IMG/VR virus record: IMGVR_UViG_3300021319_000137
Coordinates: 1 to 64,000 of that record
Length of the DNA stretch: 64,000 nt
Strand: one strand, 5' to 3'
Origin: a virus
Taxonomy: Duplodnaviria; Caudoviricetes
Part shown: positions 27,668-38,200 of the stretch, piece by piece
Layout: every line of letters begins with the position of its first letter
Position numbering within the stretch: position 1 is the stretch's first letter
Position numbers and translations under genes: made by a program
The notes under the pieces: generated by a model
Databases searched by the model: none
Told to the model about the DNA's origin: nothing
What the model saw: the letters and a program-made list of their open reading frames with translations, nothing else

Positions 27668-28087
27668 TTACCAGTTGTGTCTCAATTTCTTTTGGCAGCC
27701 GTAAACCATGGGGAAGCCGACCGGGTTGCCTTCCTCGTCGGTAGAGACAGGAAGGTCAGGCACGTTCTTGCCGGCCTGCACCCCTTCTAGCCATTTGATG
27801 GCGCGGTCGTATCGTTCCTTGCGGATCTCGGTACCCATCTTTTGGGGCAATGAGGCCGCCATGTGGTAAAGTGCGATGTCACAGGTGTACATGACAATGA
27901 GTTTGTTGCGCTCATTGCCCTCGGCACTGAACAGCGCCTCGGTGTCGTATTTTGGACGGAGGTAAGAGGATATTTCCTCGATGGCCTCTTCCTCGGCATT
28001 CGCCCGGTTGTCGTCGCTGATCTGTGAAATGACCTTCAAGGCCTGCTCACCAATGACAACCCTGTAATCCTCGTCGTTGATAAACAT
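27668..28087 (-). CDS. Mu gp36-like head-tail connector (DUF1320)
   Basis: CDIALYHM ... ERYDRAIKWL. Confidence 0.85.
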   Translation of the reverse strand: MFINDEDYRVVIGEQALKVISQISDDNRANAEEEAIEEISSYLRPKYDTEALFSAEGNERNKLIVMYTCDIALYHMAASLPQKMGTEIRKERYDRAIKWLEGVQAGKNVPDLPVSTDEEGNPVGFPMVYGCQKKLRHNW

Positions 28088-28096
28088 AGCGTATCG

Positions 28097-28324
28097 TTAT
28101 TTGGTGATGTGTAAAGCGATTTTCTCGATGTCCTTGACCTTTGTCCCCTTGCGGAATCGGTGTTGCTGGACGAGCTGCTTGATTGTCTGCTTGGGAACGA
28201 CCTTGAGAGTGCCCCCCATCGATAAGACATAGTATCGCAGCCCAGTCTCTTGGGCTAACCTATTGGCCTGCTTGACAGCCCTCTTGTAGCGAAAAGCGAA
28301 GATGAGTTGCTTGATTGTTTTCAT
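28097..28324 (-). CDS. phage hypothetical protein
   Basis: MKTIKQLIFAFRYKRAVKQA..., between terL and the gp36-like gene. Confidence 0.65.
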   Translation of the reverse strand: MKTIKQLIFAFRYKRAVKQANRLAQETGLRYYVLSMGGTLKVVPKQTIKQLVQQHRFRKGTKVKDIEKIALHITK

Positions 28325-28328
28325 TTTG

Positions 28329-29885
28329 TCACCATTGGTTTTTAGAGGTCGGTCGTCTGCCGAACCTGGGTATATAATTTGCTTGTCTCGTATTGCGCTG
28401 GAGGAACCAGATGGCGCCCTCGTCAGCGTCAGGCGCATCGTCATGGACATGGCTGCCCCGTTCCAGCGCCAGTGTCTGTTCAATGCCAACCTGCATGTCC
28501 GGGCTATCCTTGAGCGCCTCGTTATAGAACACGAAGCCGCGTTCCCACAACGGGCTGACCGCTTCGATGCGCTGGATCTTTTCCGGCTTCTTGCGTGTGT
28601 CCGGCATAATGGGCAGTTGGTATCCTCTCAGTTCTCCCTCGGTGGTGAACTCGTCGAGGATGATGTCCTGCATGAAGTTCGCCTCCATGTAGAATGATGC
28701 TGCCACGCCTGCCTCGCTGAGGCGCTCATAGAGGTTGTAGAGCCATCGCACCATACCCGACACTGTGTCCTGGCGGACATAGCAGTCTATCAAGTGCAGC
28801 TCATTGCCGTGCTTGCCCCAGAGTCTGCAGGCCTTGTAGTCGTTGGCCGTAGTCGATTTGAAAGACGGGTCGGTGTAGCAGATGAGCTGCTCATACTTGC
28901 GCAGCGGCAGCACCTTTTTATATCTTATCCACTCATGCTTGAAGATGGCTCCCTCGTTGATGGGGTTGTGCATCATCTCCTTTTGCCAGGCCCGGTAGCC
29001 CACGAAGTCGGCATACTCCTGAGCCTCCTGTTTGGTCCATTTCTCTTTCCATACCGGATTGCCCTTATCATCCACCGCGCAGATCTTAGAGACATGGACC
29101 CCACGGGTGGCAGCTATGTTGGCCAGTACCGAGTTCTTGCTGATGAGGTTGCCCACCATGATGAAGCGGCCACGTCCCACATCCAGGGCACCGAACAGTG
29201 CCTCCTTGACCCAATCGGTGAGTTCCCGGACACGCCGCTCATTACGGCAGAGTTCATCGTCATCGAGGTCATCGATAACGATGTAGTCGGGTCGTGCTTC
29301 ACGTTCACGCAGACCACGCGGCGACTGCCCCCTGCCCACAGCCAGGAACTTCACGCCGTTTCTTGTGGTGAACTCACCTTCCATCCAGTTGCCGAGCGAC
29401 ATCTGTTCGCCGAAATCGGCGACGATGCGCTTGTTGTACTGGAGCTCTGCCTGGATGTCCCCCAGAAGCCGGTCGGCACTGTCCTCTGACTTGCCGACCA
29501 CCACCATGAAGTTGATGAGTCTATCCGGCTGGAACATGAGCCATAGCGGCATGAAGATGTCGAAGTGGGTGGATTTGGCATGACCACGTGGCCACATGAA
29601 GACCGCCTTAAGGTTGGGCGTGCTCTTCACCTTCCTAGCTGCGGCATTGTGGAACGGCGCATTGTGTACTGTGCGTATCACCTTGCCGGTGGCCTTGTCA
29701 CGCAGGTTAAGGAAATGGGGGAAGTAGTATTCACAGAACGCGGCATAGTCCCGCTGCAGCTTCTTGATGCGCTGGTCCCGCTGTGTCGCGTTCTCTCGCA
29801 CCAGGGTTGCCGTGTCGGTCATGCTCTGGATCTCGCGGCAGTGCGCCTCCCACAGTTCCCGATATTTAGATGGTAATGCAGGCAT
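28329..29885 (-). CDS. terL: terminase large subunit
   Basis: WPRGHAKST, IVIDDLDDD, DPSFKS, HDDAPDA. Confidence 0.92.
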   Translation of the reverse strand: MPALPSKYRELWEAHCREIQSMTDTATLVRENATQRDQRIKKLQRDYAAFCEYYFPHFLNLRDKATGKVIRTVHNAPFHNAAARKVKSTPNLKAVFMWPRGHAKSTHFDIFMPLWLMFQPDRLINFMVVVGKSEDSADRLLGDIQAELQYNKRIVADFGEQMSLGNWMEGEFTTRNGVKFLAVGRGQSPRGLREREARPDYIVIDDLDDDELCRNERRVRELTDWVKEALFGALDVGRGRFIMVGNLISKNSVLANIAATRGVHVSKICAVDDKGNPVWKEKWTKQEAQEYADFVGYRAWQKEMMHNPINEGAIFKHEWIRYKKVLPLRKYEQLICYTDPSFKSTTANDYKACRLWGKHGNELHLIDCYVRQDTVSGMVRWLYNLYERLSEAGVAASFYMEANFMQDIILDEFTTEGELRGYQLPIMPDTRKKPEKIQRIEAVSPLWERGFVFYNEALKDSPDMQVGIEQTLALERGSHVHDDAPDADEGAIWFLQRNTRQANYIPRFGRRPTSKNQW

Positions 29886-29887
29886 GA

Positions 29888-30361
29888 TTAGAGCTCTGAA
29901 TTGGGAGACATCTTCTCCATGAGGAACTCATTCTGGTACTTGTTGATCGCCTTGATCAGCGCTGGTGTTATTTCCGGATCGTTGGACGCCTTGTCCTGGA
30001 TCCATCGGTTGAACGCCATAAACACCTCGATGGCATCGACCACGTTGGCCTTCTTGTCCAGTTTCTCGATGACAGCCGAAAGTTTAGCTAGACGGTCGCC
30101 CAGTCCGGCTATGAGGTTCGGGTCGTCAGACTCGTTGACCGACGTGATGAGCCGGTCGATGGTAAGCAGCAGCTTGTTGACCAGTTCCTGGCGTGTGATG
30201 TTCTTGGCTGCACGCGCCTCTTTCCACCCGTCGGTGTTCGCCCATTTTGATATGGTCTGGCGGCTGATGGCGAGCCTTTCTGCAATCTCGGTCAGTTCCA
30301 TACCGGATAGGTATAGGGAACGTCCAAGTGATTTCTTGTTTTCTAAATCTGCTTTCTTCAT
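29888..30361 (-). CDS. terS: terminase small subunit (DUF1804-like HTH)
   Basis: N-terminal HTH (EIAERLAISRQTISKW) directly upstream of terL. Confidence 0.7.
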   Translation of the reverse strand: MKKADLENKKSLGRSLYLSGMELTEIAERLAISRQTISKWANTDGWKEARAAKNITRQELVNKLLLTIDRLITSVNESDDPNLIAGLGDRLAKLSAVIEKLDKKANVVDAIEVFMAFNRWIQDKASNDPEITPALIKAINKYQNEFLMEKMSPNSEL

Positions 30362-30559
30362 TTTTTGCAAAAAATAAAATGTGAATAACGGTGCAAAATT
30401 GGCCGAAAAACGTGAGCGTGACAAAGAAGCGTGCAGGGGTTGCATGGAAGTGTGCAGGGGCTTCACACTTATTTGTTCAGATGGGTTGAAAGGCGCAAAT
30501 TTGCGGTGCTTTTTAATCATACAGTCGCGATGCAATCGCGACATAGAAACCGCAAAACA

Positions 30560-31504
30560 ATGTCGAAAAACAAGAGAGTAAGAATTACCAACGAGCGCTT
30601 GAACAGTTACGGCACGAGGGTGCTGACCTCAGGCATGGACTTGTCGCAATATGAGCGCAATCCCGTGCTGCTTTACATGCACCAGCGTGGCGAGGTGATC
30701 GGCTATGTGAAGGACCTGAAGGTTGAGGGCGACGAGGTGACCGGCGAGCTGATGTTTGACGAGGCCTCCGAACTGAGCCAGCGTTGCAAGAAGCAGTGGG
30801 AGTTCGGTAGCCTGAAGATGGTGAGTGTGGGTCTCGACGTGCTCGAGCTGAGCGAGGACAAGAAATACCTCGTCGAGGGTCAGACGTGCCCGACCGTCAC
30901 CAGGAGCAAATTGTTTGAGGTAAGCCTTGTCGACATCGGCGCCAACGATGATGCCATCGTGCTGATGAAGGATGGTCAACGATTAGAGATGGGCAAGGAC
31001 GGCGAGAGCCCCCTGCCGAAGTTAAACCAACATAAAAATCAAGAAGAAGACATGGACAAGAAAGAGATTGCCCTGCTGCTGGGTTTACCGGCAGACGCAA
31101 GTGATGATGCCATCAAGGCCAAGATCAATGAGCTGAAGACTGCCGCCGATGAACGTGCGGAGCTCTCCAGGGAGAATGACGCGCTGAAGCTGTCACGCAT
31201 CGAAGCTGCTGTTGACGGTGCCATTGCAGAGAAGAAGATCACCGCTGACAAGAAAGATCATTTCATGGAGCTCGGCAAGAAGGTGGGCCTGGAGAGCCTG
31301 GAGGCTACCTTCGGCGCTATGACGCCTCAGGTGAAGCTGAGCCAGGTAATCGGTCATCAGGGCGGTGCCCCTGCAGACAGCACCTGGAAAAAGCTGAGCG
31401 ATGTCCCCGAGGACAAGATCCTGGAGCTGCGCAAGACCAACCCCGATGAGTACAAGCGCCTGTACAAGGCCGAGTACGGCATTGAGTGTGAAATCGCCGA
31501 TTAA
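30560..31504 (+). CDS. prohead protease/scaffold
   Basis: NPVLLYMH, LKMVSVG, LFEVSLVDIGAN followed by a helical scaffold region. Confidence 0.85.
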   Translation: MSKNKRVRITNERLNSYGTRVLTSGMDLSQYERNPVLLYMHQRGEVIGYVKDLKVEGDEVTGELMFDEASELSQRCKKQWEFGSLKMVSVGLDVLELSEDKKYLVEGQTCPTVTRSKLFEVSLVDIGANDDAIVLMKDGQRLEMGKDGESPLPKLNQHKNQEEDMDKKEIALLLGLPADASDDAIKAKINELKTAADERAELSRENDALKLSRIEAAVDGAIAEKKITADKKDHFMELGKKVGLESLEATFGAMTPQVKLSQVIGHQGGAPADSTWKKLSDVPEDKILELRKTNPDEYKRLYKAEYGIECEIAD

Positions 31505-31529
31505 GTTGAACCATTAAAATATTGAAGAC

Positions 31530-32600
31530 ATGAAACTGAAGATGTTGTTTCTTGGCCTTGTCTCGCTTGTGTTTAACAGCGTGATGGGCGCAACTGTGGG
31601 CCATACGGTAGGTATCGATCCGATGGCCGGCGCCATTGGCGCCAATGTGATTGCCGCAGTTGGCGGTGCGTTTAATATGGTGCCTGCGGGCGTAGTCCGC
31701 GAAGGTGTCCTGGTTGAGGTGTGGACCGGAGAGCTGATCAAGTACCTGCGTCGTGGTCTTGAGGCCACCTTCCTTGACGGCATTCCCGATGCGTCGTCGC
31801 TTGCCAATAACGACGTGATCCATCTGGTTGATGTGGGTGTTGACCCTGATGTGCTGGTGAACAACACGACGTACCCCATCCCGCTGCAGAACCTTGATGA
31901 TACTGACAAGACCATCAGCCTTGACAAGTTCCAGAGCAAGGTGACGCCCATCACCGACGATGAGCTGTATGCCCTGAGCTATGACAAGATGGCGCGCGTG
32001 AAGGAGAGCCACGGTAATGCGATCAATGACTCGAAGTTTGCCAAGGCCGCACATGCCCTGTGTGCAAACAGCAACACCGCGACGACCCCTGTTCTTGTTA
32101 CCACCGGCGAGCGTGATGCTACGACAGGCCGCTTAAAGCTCACTGTCCAGGATGTCATCAACATGAAACGCGCGATGGACAAACTGAAGGTTCCTAGCCA
32201 GAACCGCCGCCTGGTGCTGTGCAGCGACCACGTGAACGACCTGCTGGAGACGAGCCAGACCTTTAAGGAACAGTACAACATCAACCGCAATGACGGCACA
32301 GTAGGCCGCCTGTTCGGCTTTGACATTTACGAGTTCGCCAACAACCCGCTGTACACAACTGCGGGCAATAAGAAGGCCGTGGGTGCTACCGCCAGTGCCG
32401 GTGAGTTCCAGTGCTCGTTCGCCTTCTATACACCCCGTGTGTTCAAGTGCACCGGCTCGACAAAGATGTACTACAGCGAGGCCTCGACAGACCCCGAGTA
32501 CCAGCGCAACAAGATTAACTTCCGCCATTACTTCATCTGTATGCCGAAGAAGGCCGATGCCGGTGTTGTGATGCGTAGCGGCTACCAGGCTAGTGCCTAA
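31530..32600 (+). CDS. major capsid protein
   Basis: Follows the protease; EVWTGELIK, HK97-like size and position. Confidence 0.8.
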   Translation: MKLKMLFLGLVSLVFNSVMGATVGHTVGIDPMAGAIGANVIAAVGGAFNMVPAGVVREGVLVEVWTGELIKYLRRGLEATFLDGIPDASSLANNDVIHLVDVGVDPDVLVNNTTYPIPLQNLDDTDKTISLDKFQSKVTPITDDELYALSYDKMARVKESHGNAINDSKFAKAAHALCANSNTATTPVLVTTGERDATTGRLKLTVQDVINMKRAMDKLKVPSQNRRLVLCSDHVNDLLETSQTFKEQYNINRNDGTVGRLFGFDIYEFANNPLYTTAGNKKAVGATASAGEFQCSFAFYTPRVFKCTGSTKMYYSEASTDPEYQRNKINFRHYFICMPKKADAGVVMRSGYQASA

Positions 32601-33085
32601 TGCGTAAAGAGCTGAAATACCTTGTGCTTCATTGCACCGCCACTCCCGAAGGGCGTGAGGTCAGTTCCAGTGAGATTCGTCACTGGCATACTGACCCCAA
32701 GCCCAGGGGGCGGGGGTGGAAGCAGGTGGGCTATACCGACATGATCCATCTGGATGGACGTGTAGAACGCTTGGTGAACAACAACGAGGACGCTTGGGTG
32801 GATCCATGGGAGGTGACCAACGGCGCGAAGGGCTATAATGCCGTGAGCCGCCATGTGGTGTATGTGGGCGGCTTGAAGAACATCCCCGGTGTTCCAAACG
32901 ACAGACTCCCTGCCAAAGACACCCGGACGGCAGCGCAGCGCGAAGCCTTGAAACGCTATGTGCTGGACTTCCACCGTCGCCACCCGAAGGTGAAGATCGT
33001 GGGCCACAACCAGCTTGCCGCCAAGGATTGCCCGAGCTTTGACGTACCGAAATGGCTCAAGGAAATCGGCATCAATCAGAAATAA
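32600..33085 (+). CDS. endolysin, N-acetylmuramoyl-L-alanine amidase
   Basis: LVLHCTA, GHNQLAAKDCPSF. Confidence 0.9.
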   Translation: MRKELKYLVLHCTATPEGREVSSSEIRHWHTDPKPRGRGWKQVGYTDMIHLDGRVERLVNNNEDAWVDPWEVTNGAKGYNAVSRHVVYVGGLKNIPGVPNDRLPAKDTRTAAQREALKRYVLDFHRRHPKVKIVGHNQLAAKDCPSFDVPKWLKEIGINQK

Positions 33086-33097
33086 CGATCAAGAGAT

Positions 33098-33559
33098 ATG
33101 GACTGGAATGACGTGTTGAATATGGCATTGAGCGGCGGCCTGGTGGGGTTGCTGACGTTCCTACTGACCTGGCGCAGCCAGGCCCGCAAGGCGCGTGCCG
33201 AAGCCGACACCGTGAACATCACCAACACCGAGCAGGCCACCCGTATCCTGGTTGAGAACATTGTTGAACCGCTTAAACAGGAACTGAATGCGACGAGAAG
33301 AGACCTCAGCGCGACGAAGCGCGAGATGGCCCGATTGCGTAAAGCGATCGATGATGCCAACAGTTGCAAGTATAGTGCTTCTTGTCCTGTGCTGCGCCGG
33401 ATGCGCGAGCAGCCGAAAGACGAGCCTCGCAAGCCAGACGGGCGAGGTGGCCCAGGCCCGCGTTACCCGCCTGGCGGACAGCGTCGAGCGCGTGACCATC
33501 AAGCGCCTGGAGCCGGTGAGCGTCCCGGAGAGCCGGGTGAAGCTGATGATAGCTGCTGA
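33098..33559 (+). CDS. holin-like membrane protein with coiled coil
   Basis: N-terminal TM helix followed by a coiled coil; in the lysis cassette. Confidence 0.55.
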   Translation: MDWNDVLNMALSGGLVGLLTFLLTWRSQARKARAEADTVNITNTEQATRILVENIVEPLKQELNATRRDLSATKREMARLRKAIDDANSCKYSASCPVLRRMREQPKDEPRKPDGRGGPGPRYPPGGQRRARDHQAPGAGERPGEPGEADDSC

Positions 33560-33917
33560 CAGCCTGCTATCGACCCCTCTGGGCGCAAGCTGGACAGGCC
33601 GCAGTGGACAGGCTAACGTGAAAGTGCAGCGCCAGGCTGGCACCGCAGGCAAGCCGGAGGTGATAGTCGTGGAGGCCACGTGTGACAGCCTGCAGCTGCA
33701 GTGCGAACGCTATGAAGAGACAATTGCGAAACAGCGCCGTGCCATTGACGCGTTGTCCGAAGCCGGTTACCGGCTGTACCGCGAGCAGCTCGAGGAGGTG
33801 AAAGAGAAGCCTCCCAACGGGATTAGAACGGCGTTGAAATGGCTTTTCATCGGTATTATAATTGGCCTGTTAATGGGCCGGATCAAGACAATTTCAAGAT
33901 TTATCAAACAAGTGTAA
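33351..33917 (+). CDS. lipoprotein, putative spanin
   Basis: Signal peptide with lipobox CAGC and a C-terminal TM helix; overlaps the previous gene. Confidence 0.6.
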   Translation: MMPTVASIVLLVLCCAGCASSRKTSLASQTGEVAQARVTRLADSVERVTIKRLEPVSVPESRVKLMIAADSLLSTPLGASWTGRSGQANVKVQRQAGTAGKPEVIVVEATCDSLQLQCERYEETIAKQRRAIDALSEAGYRLYREQLEEVKEKPPNGIRTALKWLFIGIIIGLLMGRIKTISRFIKQV

Positions 33918-33935
33918 CATTAAAATCAAAGTATT

Positions 33936-34478
33936 ATGCCTAACATTTCATGGGGTAAACCCGAAATCTACTTTGGTGCTCAAGGCAAGACCGTCGGAGC
34001 AAACACCTTTGACTTTGAAAAGATTTCCACTCCTGCAGAGGATAGTACCCAACTGACCGGTCAACAGGGCGAGAAGGTTGAGGCTAAAATCGAGGGTGGT
34101 GCAGCCGAGGATACGCAATACAAGGATCCCACACTTGAGCTGGTGATGAAAGTGCGTATGGCTAAAGAGGATAGCGGCTCTCTGCGACGATTGCCTAGTG
34201 TGTTGTACAAGTCAGGAAGCACCTCGGAGTACACCCAAGACAAGGTGGCCGTGTGCCTGATTCCGAAGAATAATGCTACCCCAGGCTTTTTCTGTGCATC
34301 TTGTTCGGTGAGCATTATAGAGACGTACACGGCAGCAGACGGCGCTTTCTGGGAGATTACGTTGTCTATCAACGTACCCACGTCCGGTAGTGCTATCCAA
34401 TGGGGGCAGTACTATGCTACCGAAGGCACGTCCACCAATGCCGGAAAGTTCAAGATTACATCTGGCGTGGCAGCGTAA
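33936..34478 (+). CDS. major tail (tube) protein
   Basis: ISWGKP, STQL...GEKVEAKIEGG; position before the chaperone and TMP. Confidence 0.7.
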   Translation: MPNISWGKPEIYFGAQGKTVGANTFDFEKISTPAEDSTQLTGQQGEKVEAKIEGGAAEDTQYKDPTLELVMKVRMAKEDSGSLRRLPSVLYKSGSTSEYTQDKVAVCLIPKNNATPGFFCASCSVSIIETYTAADGAFWEITLSINVPTSGSAIQWGQYYATEGTSTNAGKFKITSGVAA

Positions 34479-34551
34479 AGCGACACGTTGTGTAACTATT
34501 ATTCGCGGCAGCGGGTATGCTAATGCTGCTCGCTGCCGCTTGATTTAAGCA

Positions 34552-35232
34552 ATGGACACAAGAGGTATTGACATATTGTTGGAACGTCGCAACGAGATTG
34601 AGGTGGCTGGTCGTCGATTCACGCTGTACCCACCGTCGCTGGGCGTTACGATGATGGTGAAGGGCGGTCTTGACGTGCTGGGTCTTGATCTGGTGGGCGA
34701 TCCAGTTGTTTCAGTGATCGCAGCTGCAGAGCGTGACCGGCTGCAGTGCTGCCGCCTGGTCGCGTTGTGGTCGTGTGCTGATCGTGACGAGGCGATGGAT
34801 GCCGGATTGATTGAGGAACGTGCTGCATACCTGGATGGTCATGTAGAAACGGATGAGCTTTCCACACTGCTTATAGAGTTGCTGTCGAGCACTCATGTGG
34901 ACGATTTCCTGCAGTCCAGCGGTATTGTCAAGGAAGTGGAGCGGCTGCGCAAGGTGAGTGCATACAAGAAGAATGAGACGCCGACTTTTGGGGGCAAGAC
35001 AATCTTCGGCCAGCTGATAGACGCCGCCTTGCAGCGGTATGGCTGGACCTACGAGTATCTGGTGTGGGGCATATCGTATGCGGCACTGACAGTGCTGATG
35101 GCTGACAAGGTGACGCAGGTGATCCTGAGCGAAGAGGAACGCAAGCGTGTGCCGTTGCATCTGCTTGATGGGGATGTCATCAGTGGTGATGATCCAAGGA
35201 ACGCACAACGTATAGTTGAAATGTTTAGTTAA
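34552..35232 (+). CDS. tail assembly chaperone
   Basis: Between the tube and tape measure genes; LYPPSLG, GWTYEYLVWGISY. Confidence 0.6.
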   Translation: MDTRGIDILLERRNEIEVAGRRFTLYPPSLGVTMMVKGGLDVLGLDLVGDPVVSVIAAAERDRLQCCRLVALWSCADRDEAMDAGLIEERAAYLDGHVETDELSTLLIELLSSTHVDDFLQSSGIVKEVERLRKVSAYKKNETPTFGGKTIFGQLIDAALQRYGWTYEYLVWGISYAALTVLMADKVTQVILSEEERKRVPLHLLDGDVISGDDPRNAQRIVEMFS

Positions 35233-35234
35233 TC

Positions 35235-38200
35235 ATGTCGGAGGTAAAGTTTGTCATCAGTCTGGATTCCCGGGCTTTCAAGTCTGGCAGTGAAGAGGTG
35301 AAGGCTCAGGTGAGGCGCATCACCGATGAGGTCAAGGTCGAGGGCGGCAAGATGCAGCGCGAGTTTGACAGTATCGGCAAGTCGATGGGCAGTTCCATGG
35401 GCAAGTACCTTGCTGCCTTTGGCGGTGCTGCTGTGTTCAAGCAGCTGATTGGAGATATGGTGCGCGTGCGAGGTGAGTTCCAGAAGGCGGACACCGCTAT
35501 CCGGACGATGCTGGGCAGCAAGGAGAAGGCTGATGAGTTGATGTCCCAGGTGCGCGACTATGCCAAAATTTCCCCGCTTGAGTTCGGTGACATCACAAAG
35601 GCGACGCAGACGATGCTGAGCTTTGACGTTGAGGCTGCGAAAGTGCCAGGTTATATCAAGGCCATCGGAGACATATCGATGGGCGAGAGCGGCAAGTTCC
35701 AGCAGCTGTCGTTGGCTTTCTCACAAATGAGTGCCACCGGCAAACTCATGGGTCAGGATCTGCTGCAGATGATCAATGCCGGATTTAACCCATTGGCCGT
35801 GATAGCTGAGAAGACAGGCAAATCCATTGCGCAGCTCAAAGACGAGATGAGCAAGGGCAAGATCTCCGCTCAGCAGGTTCAACAGGCTTTCATTGATGCC
35901 ACCAGTGCTGGCGGCAAGTTCTTTAACATGAGTGAGAATGCCGCAAAGACTATTGAAGGCCAGATGTCGATGCTCAGTGATGCTGTGGATGCGGCATTCA
36001 ACGAGGTCGGCACAAAGAGTGAAGGCATTATCACCGGTGCAATCAGCGGTGTAACCAAACTGGTCGAGAACTACGAGGCTGTTGCAAAGGCCATCGGTCT
36101 CCTCATTGCCAATTATGGTGTATATAAGACTGCCGTGATTACGGTCACTGCGGTAGAGCAGGCGCACGGTATAGCAGCTGCAGCAGCTGCAGCAAAGACA
36201 ACCATTCTCAAGGTTGCCCAAGACGCCCTTAACAAGTCTATGCTTGCCAATCCCTACGTTGCAGCAGCGGTCGCTTTGTCTGCTCTTGTCTCTGCCATTG
36301 TCGCAGCTGCTACTGCCACGGATGCCTTTGATGAGGCGCAGAAAAGCCTGGAGGAAGCAGCTGCTGGTGTTGACGCCAGCACGGCAAGTGAAATGTCAAA
36401 ACTTGATGCCCTCTATAAGAAGCTGCTCGAAGCGGAAGAGGGCAGCGAGGCGTATAAGAAAATCAAGCAGCAGATCATTGACCAATACAGCCAGTATTAT
36501 GCCGGCCTTGAAGCTGAATGGGCCAAAGTCGGTAATCTGGCTCTGATGTATGACAAACTGACTGATGCCATCAGAAGGTCAATCGCTGCTCGTCAACTAA
36601 AGTCATTTGTCGATAAGCAGATGGATGCTAACGACAAAGTGGTACAGGAAAAACTCGATGATGCCTACAAGAAACTCATTGACAAGTATGGCAAAGCGAG
36701 AGGAACAGAGCTGTATAAGAAATTCTTCAAGTTCGCCACTCAAGGTGACGGCAAGGACATGGATGCCCAGGATTGGAAGGATCTTGAGAAGGCAACCATG
36801 TGGACTACCCGATGGGGCAAGAATGCCACTGACGGTATTGTGGACTTCCGTGTGAGCGTCAAAGAACTGGCCTATGACATCCAGAAATCCAATAGGGCCA
36901 CACTGGAGAGCATTGAATTATACAAGGAGATGTATGGCATCACTGAGGAAATCAAAGAAGAGACCACTACACCTACCAAAGAACCGACCTATACCGATCC
37001 CAAGGAATTAGCCAGGCAAAAACGTGCTGCTGAGAAAGCCGCCCGAGATAGGGCGCGTATAGCCAAGGAGCAAGCCGATGAATATGACAAGATCACCGAG
37101 ATTCACCTGCATCAGATGACCGAGCAGGGGCGCAAGTCGGCAGATCTAGAACTGGAGGTGCGTGAGGCTGAGATCCGTGCCATGCGCCAGGGTACCAAAA
37201 AGACCCTTGCTGAAATTGAGCTTGCCCGGGATAAAGAAGTTACATCGGTAACGCGATGGTATGAGGATCTGCGCCAGAAGCGTATTGATGAAGCCAAGAA
37301 GCTCTGGGATGCCCAGAAGAAAAACGAGGGCAAGAAGTTCTACGAAAGTGAAGAATACAAGAAGGCGTCCAGCAATGAAGCATACACTGATGAAGAGAAC
37401 AATGCCTTCAAGAAACGTATGGCCGCCGCCAATCAGGTATATGCCAACTCACTGAAAGAGATTCAGGATAATGAGACCGCTGCCCTCACTTCGTTTCTGC
37501 GTGAGTACGGGAATTATCAGCAGCAGCGCTTGGCCATTGCCCAGGAATATGCCAAGAAGATCGAGAAGGCAGAGACCGAGGGCGAACGTTTGACGTTACG
37601 CGCTGAGGAGCGTGAAGCCTATAGATCGCTTGATTTTGATCAGTTCAAAAAGTCAATCAACTGGGAGGCGGTGTTCAGTGATCTCGACGGTGTGTCGCTG
37701 GAGCACCTCAATACCTTAAAGGAACAGCTGCAGGGAACACTAAAAGATGGCACGCTATCCGCAATAGACTATAAGACAGTCGTTGAGCAGATCGGCAAGA
37801 TCGAGGAGGCTATTGTCGCCAAGCAGAACGAGTGGAAAAATGTGTTCGGCCTAACAATCCCCGAACTGGAAAAAAGGAAACGCTTGGAGCAAGAAGCTGT
37901 TGATGCCCAACAGCGTGCCGTTGATCTCCAAAGGTTGCAGGCGGAAGCGCAGAAGCGCTTGAACAGCGCGAAAACGACCATCCAGGCTGCGTTGAACTTC
38001 AAGATCGATGCCGAAGACATCAAGGTGGAGAATGCGCAGGAGATCCTTAACAAGTTCACCCCCGACACGGAAATCTACAAAACCCTTACACGTCTGTTTG
38101 GCAACCTTGCCGATGCTGAGCATGACCTTTCAGCGACCACCGAGGAATACAACACCGCTCAGGCTGATGCTGTCATCAAGACCGAGAAGGCCCAGAAGAC

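Noticed and set aside
34552-35232. Tail-chaperone G/GT programmed frameshift
   Set aside because: A single continuous ORF runs to the tape measure gene; no frameshift is needed
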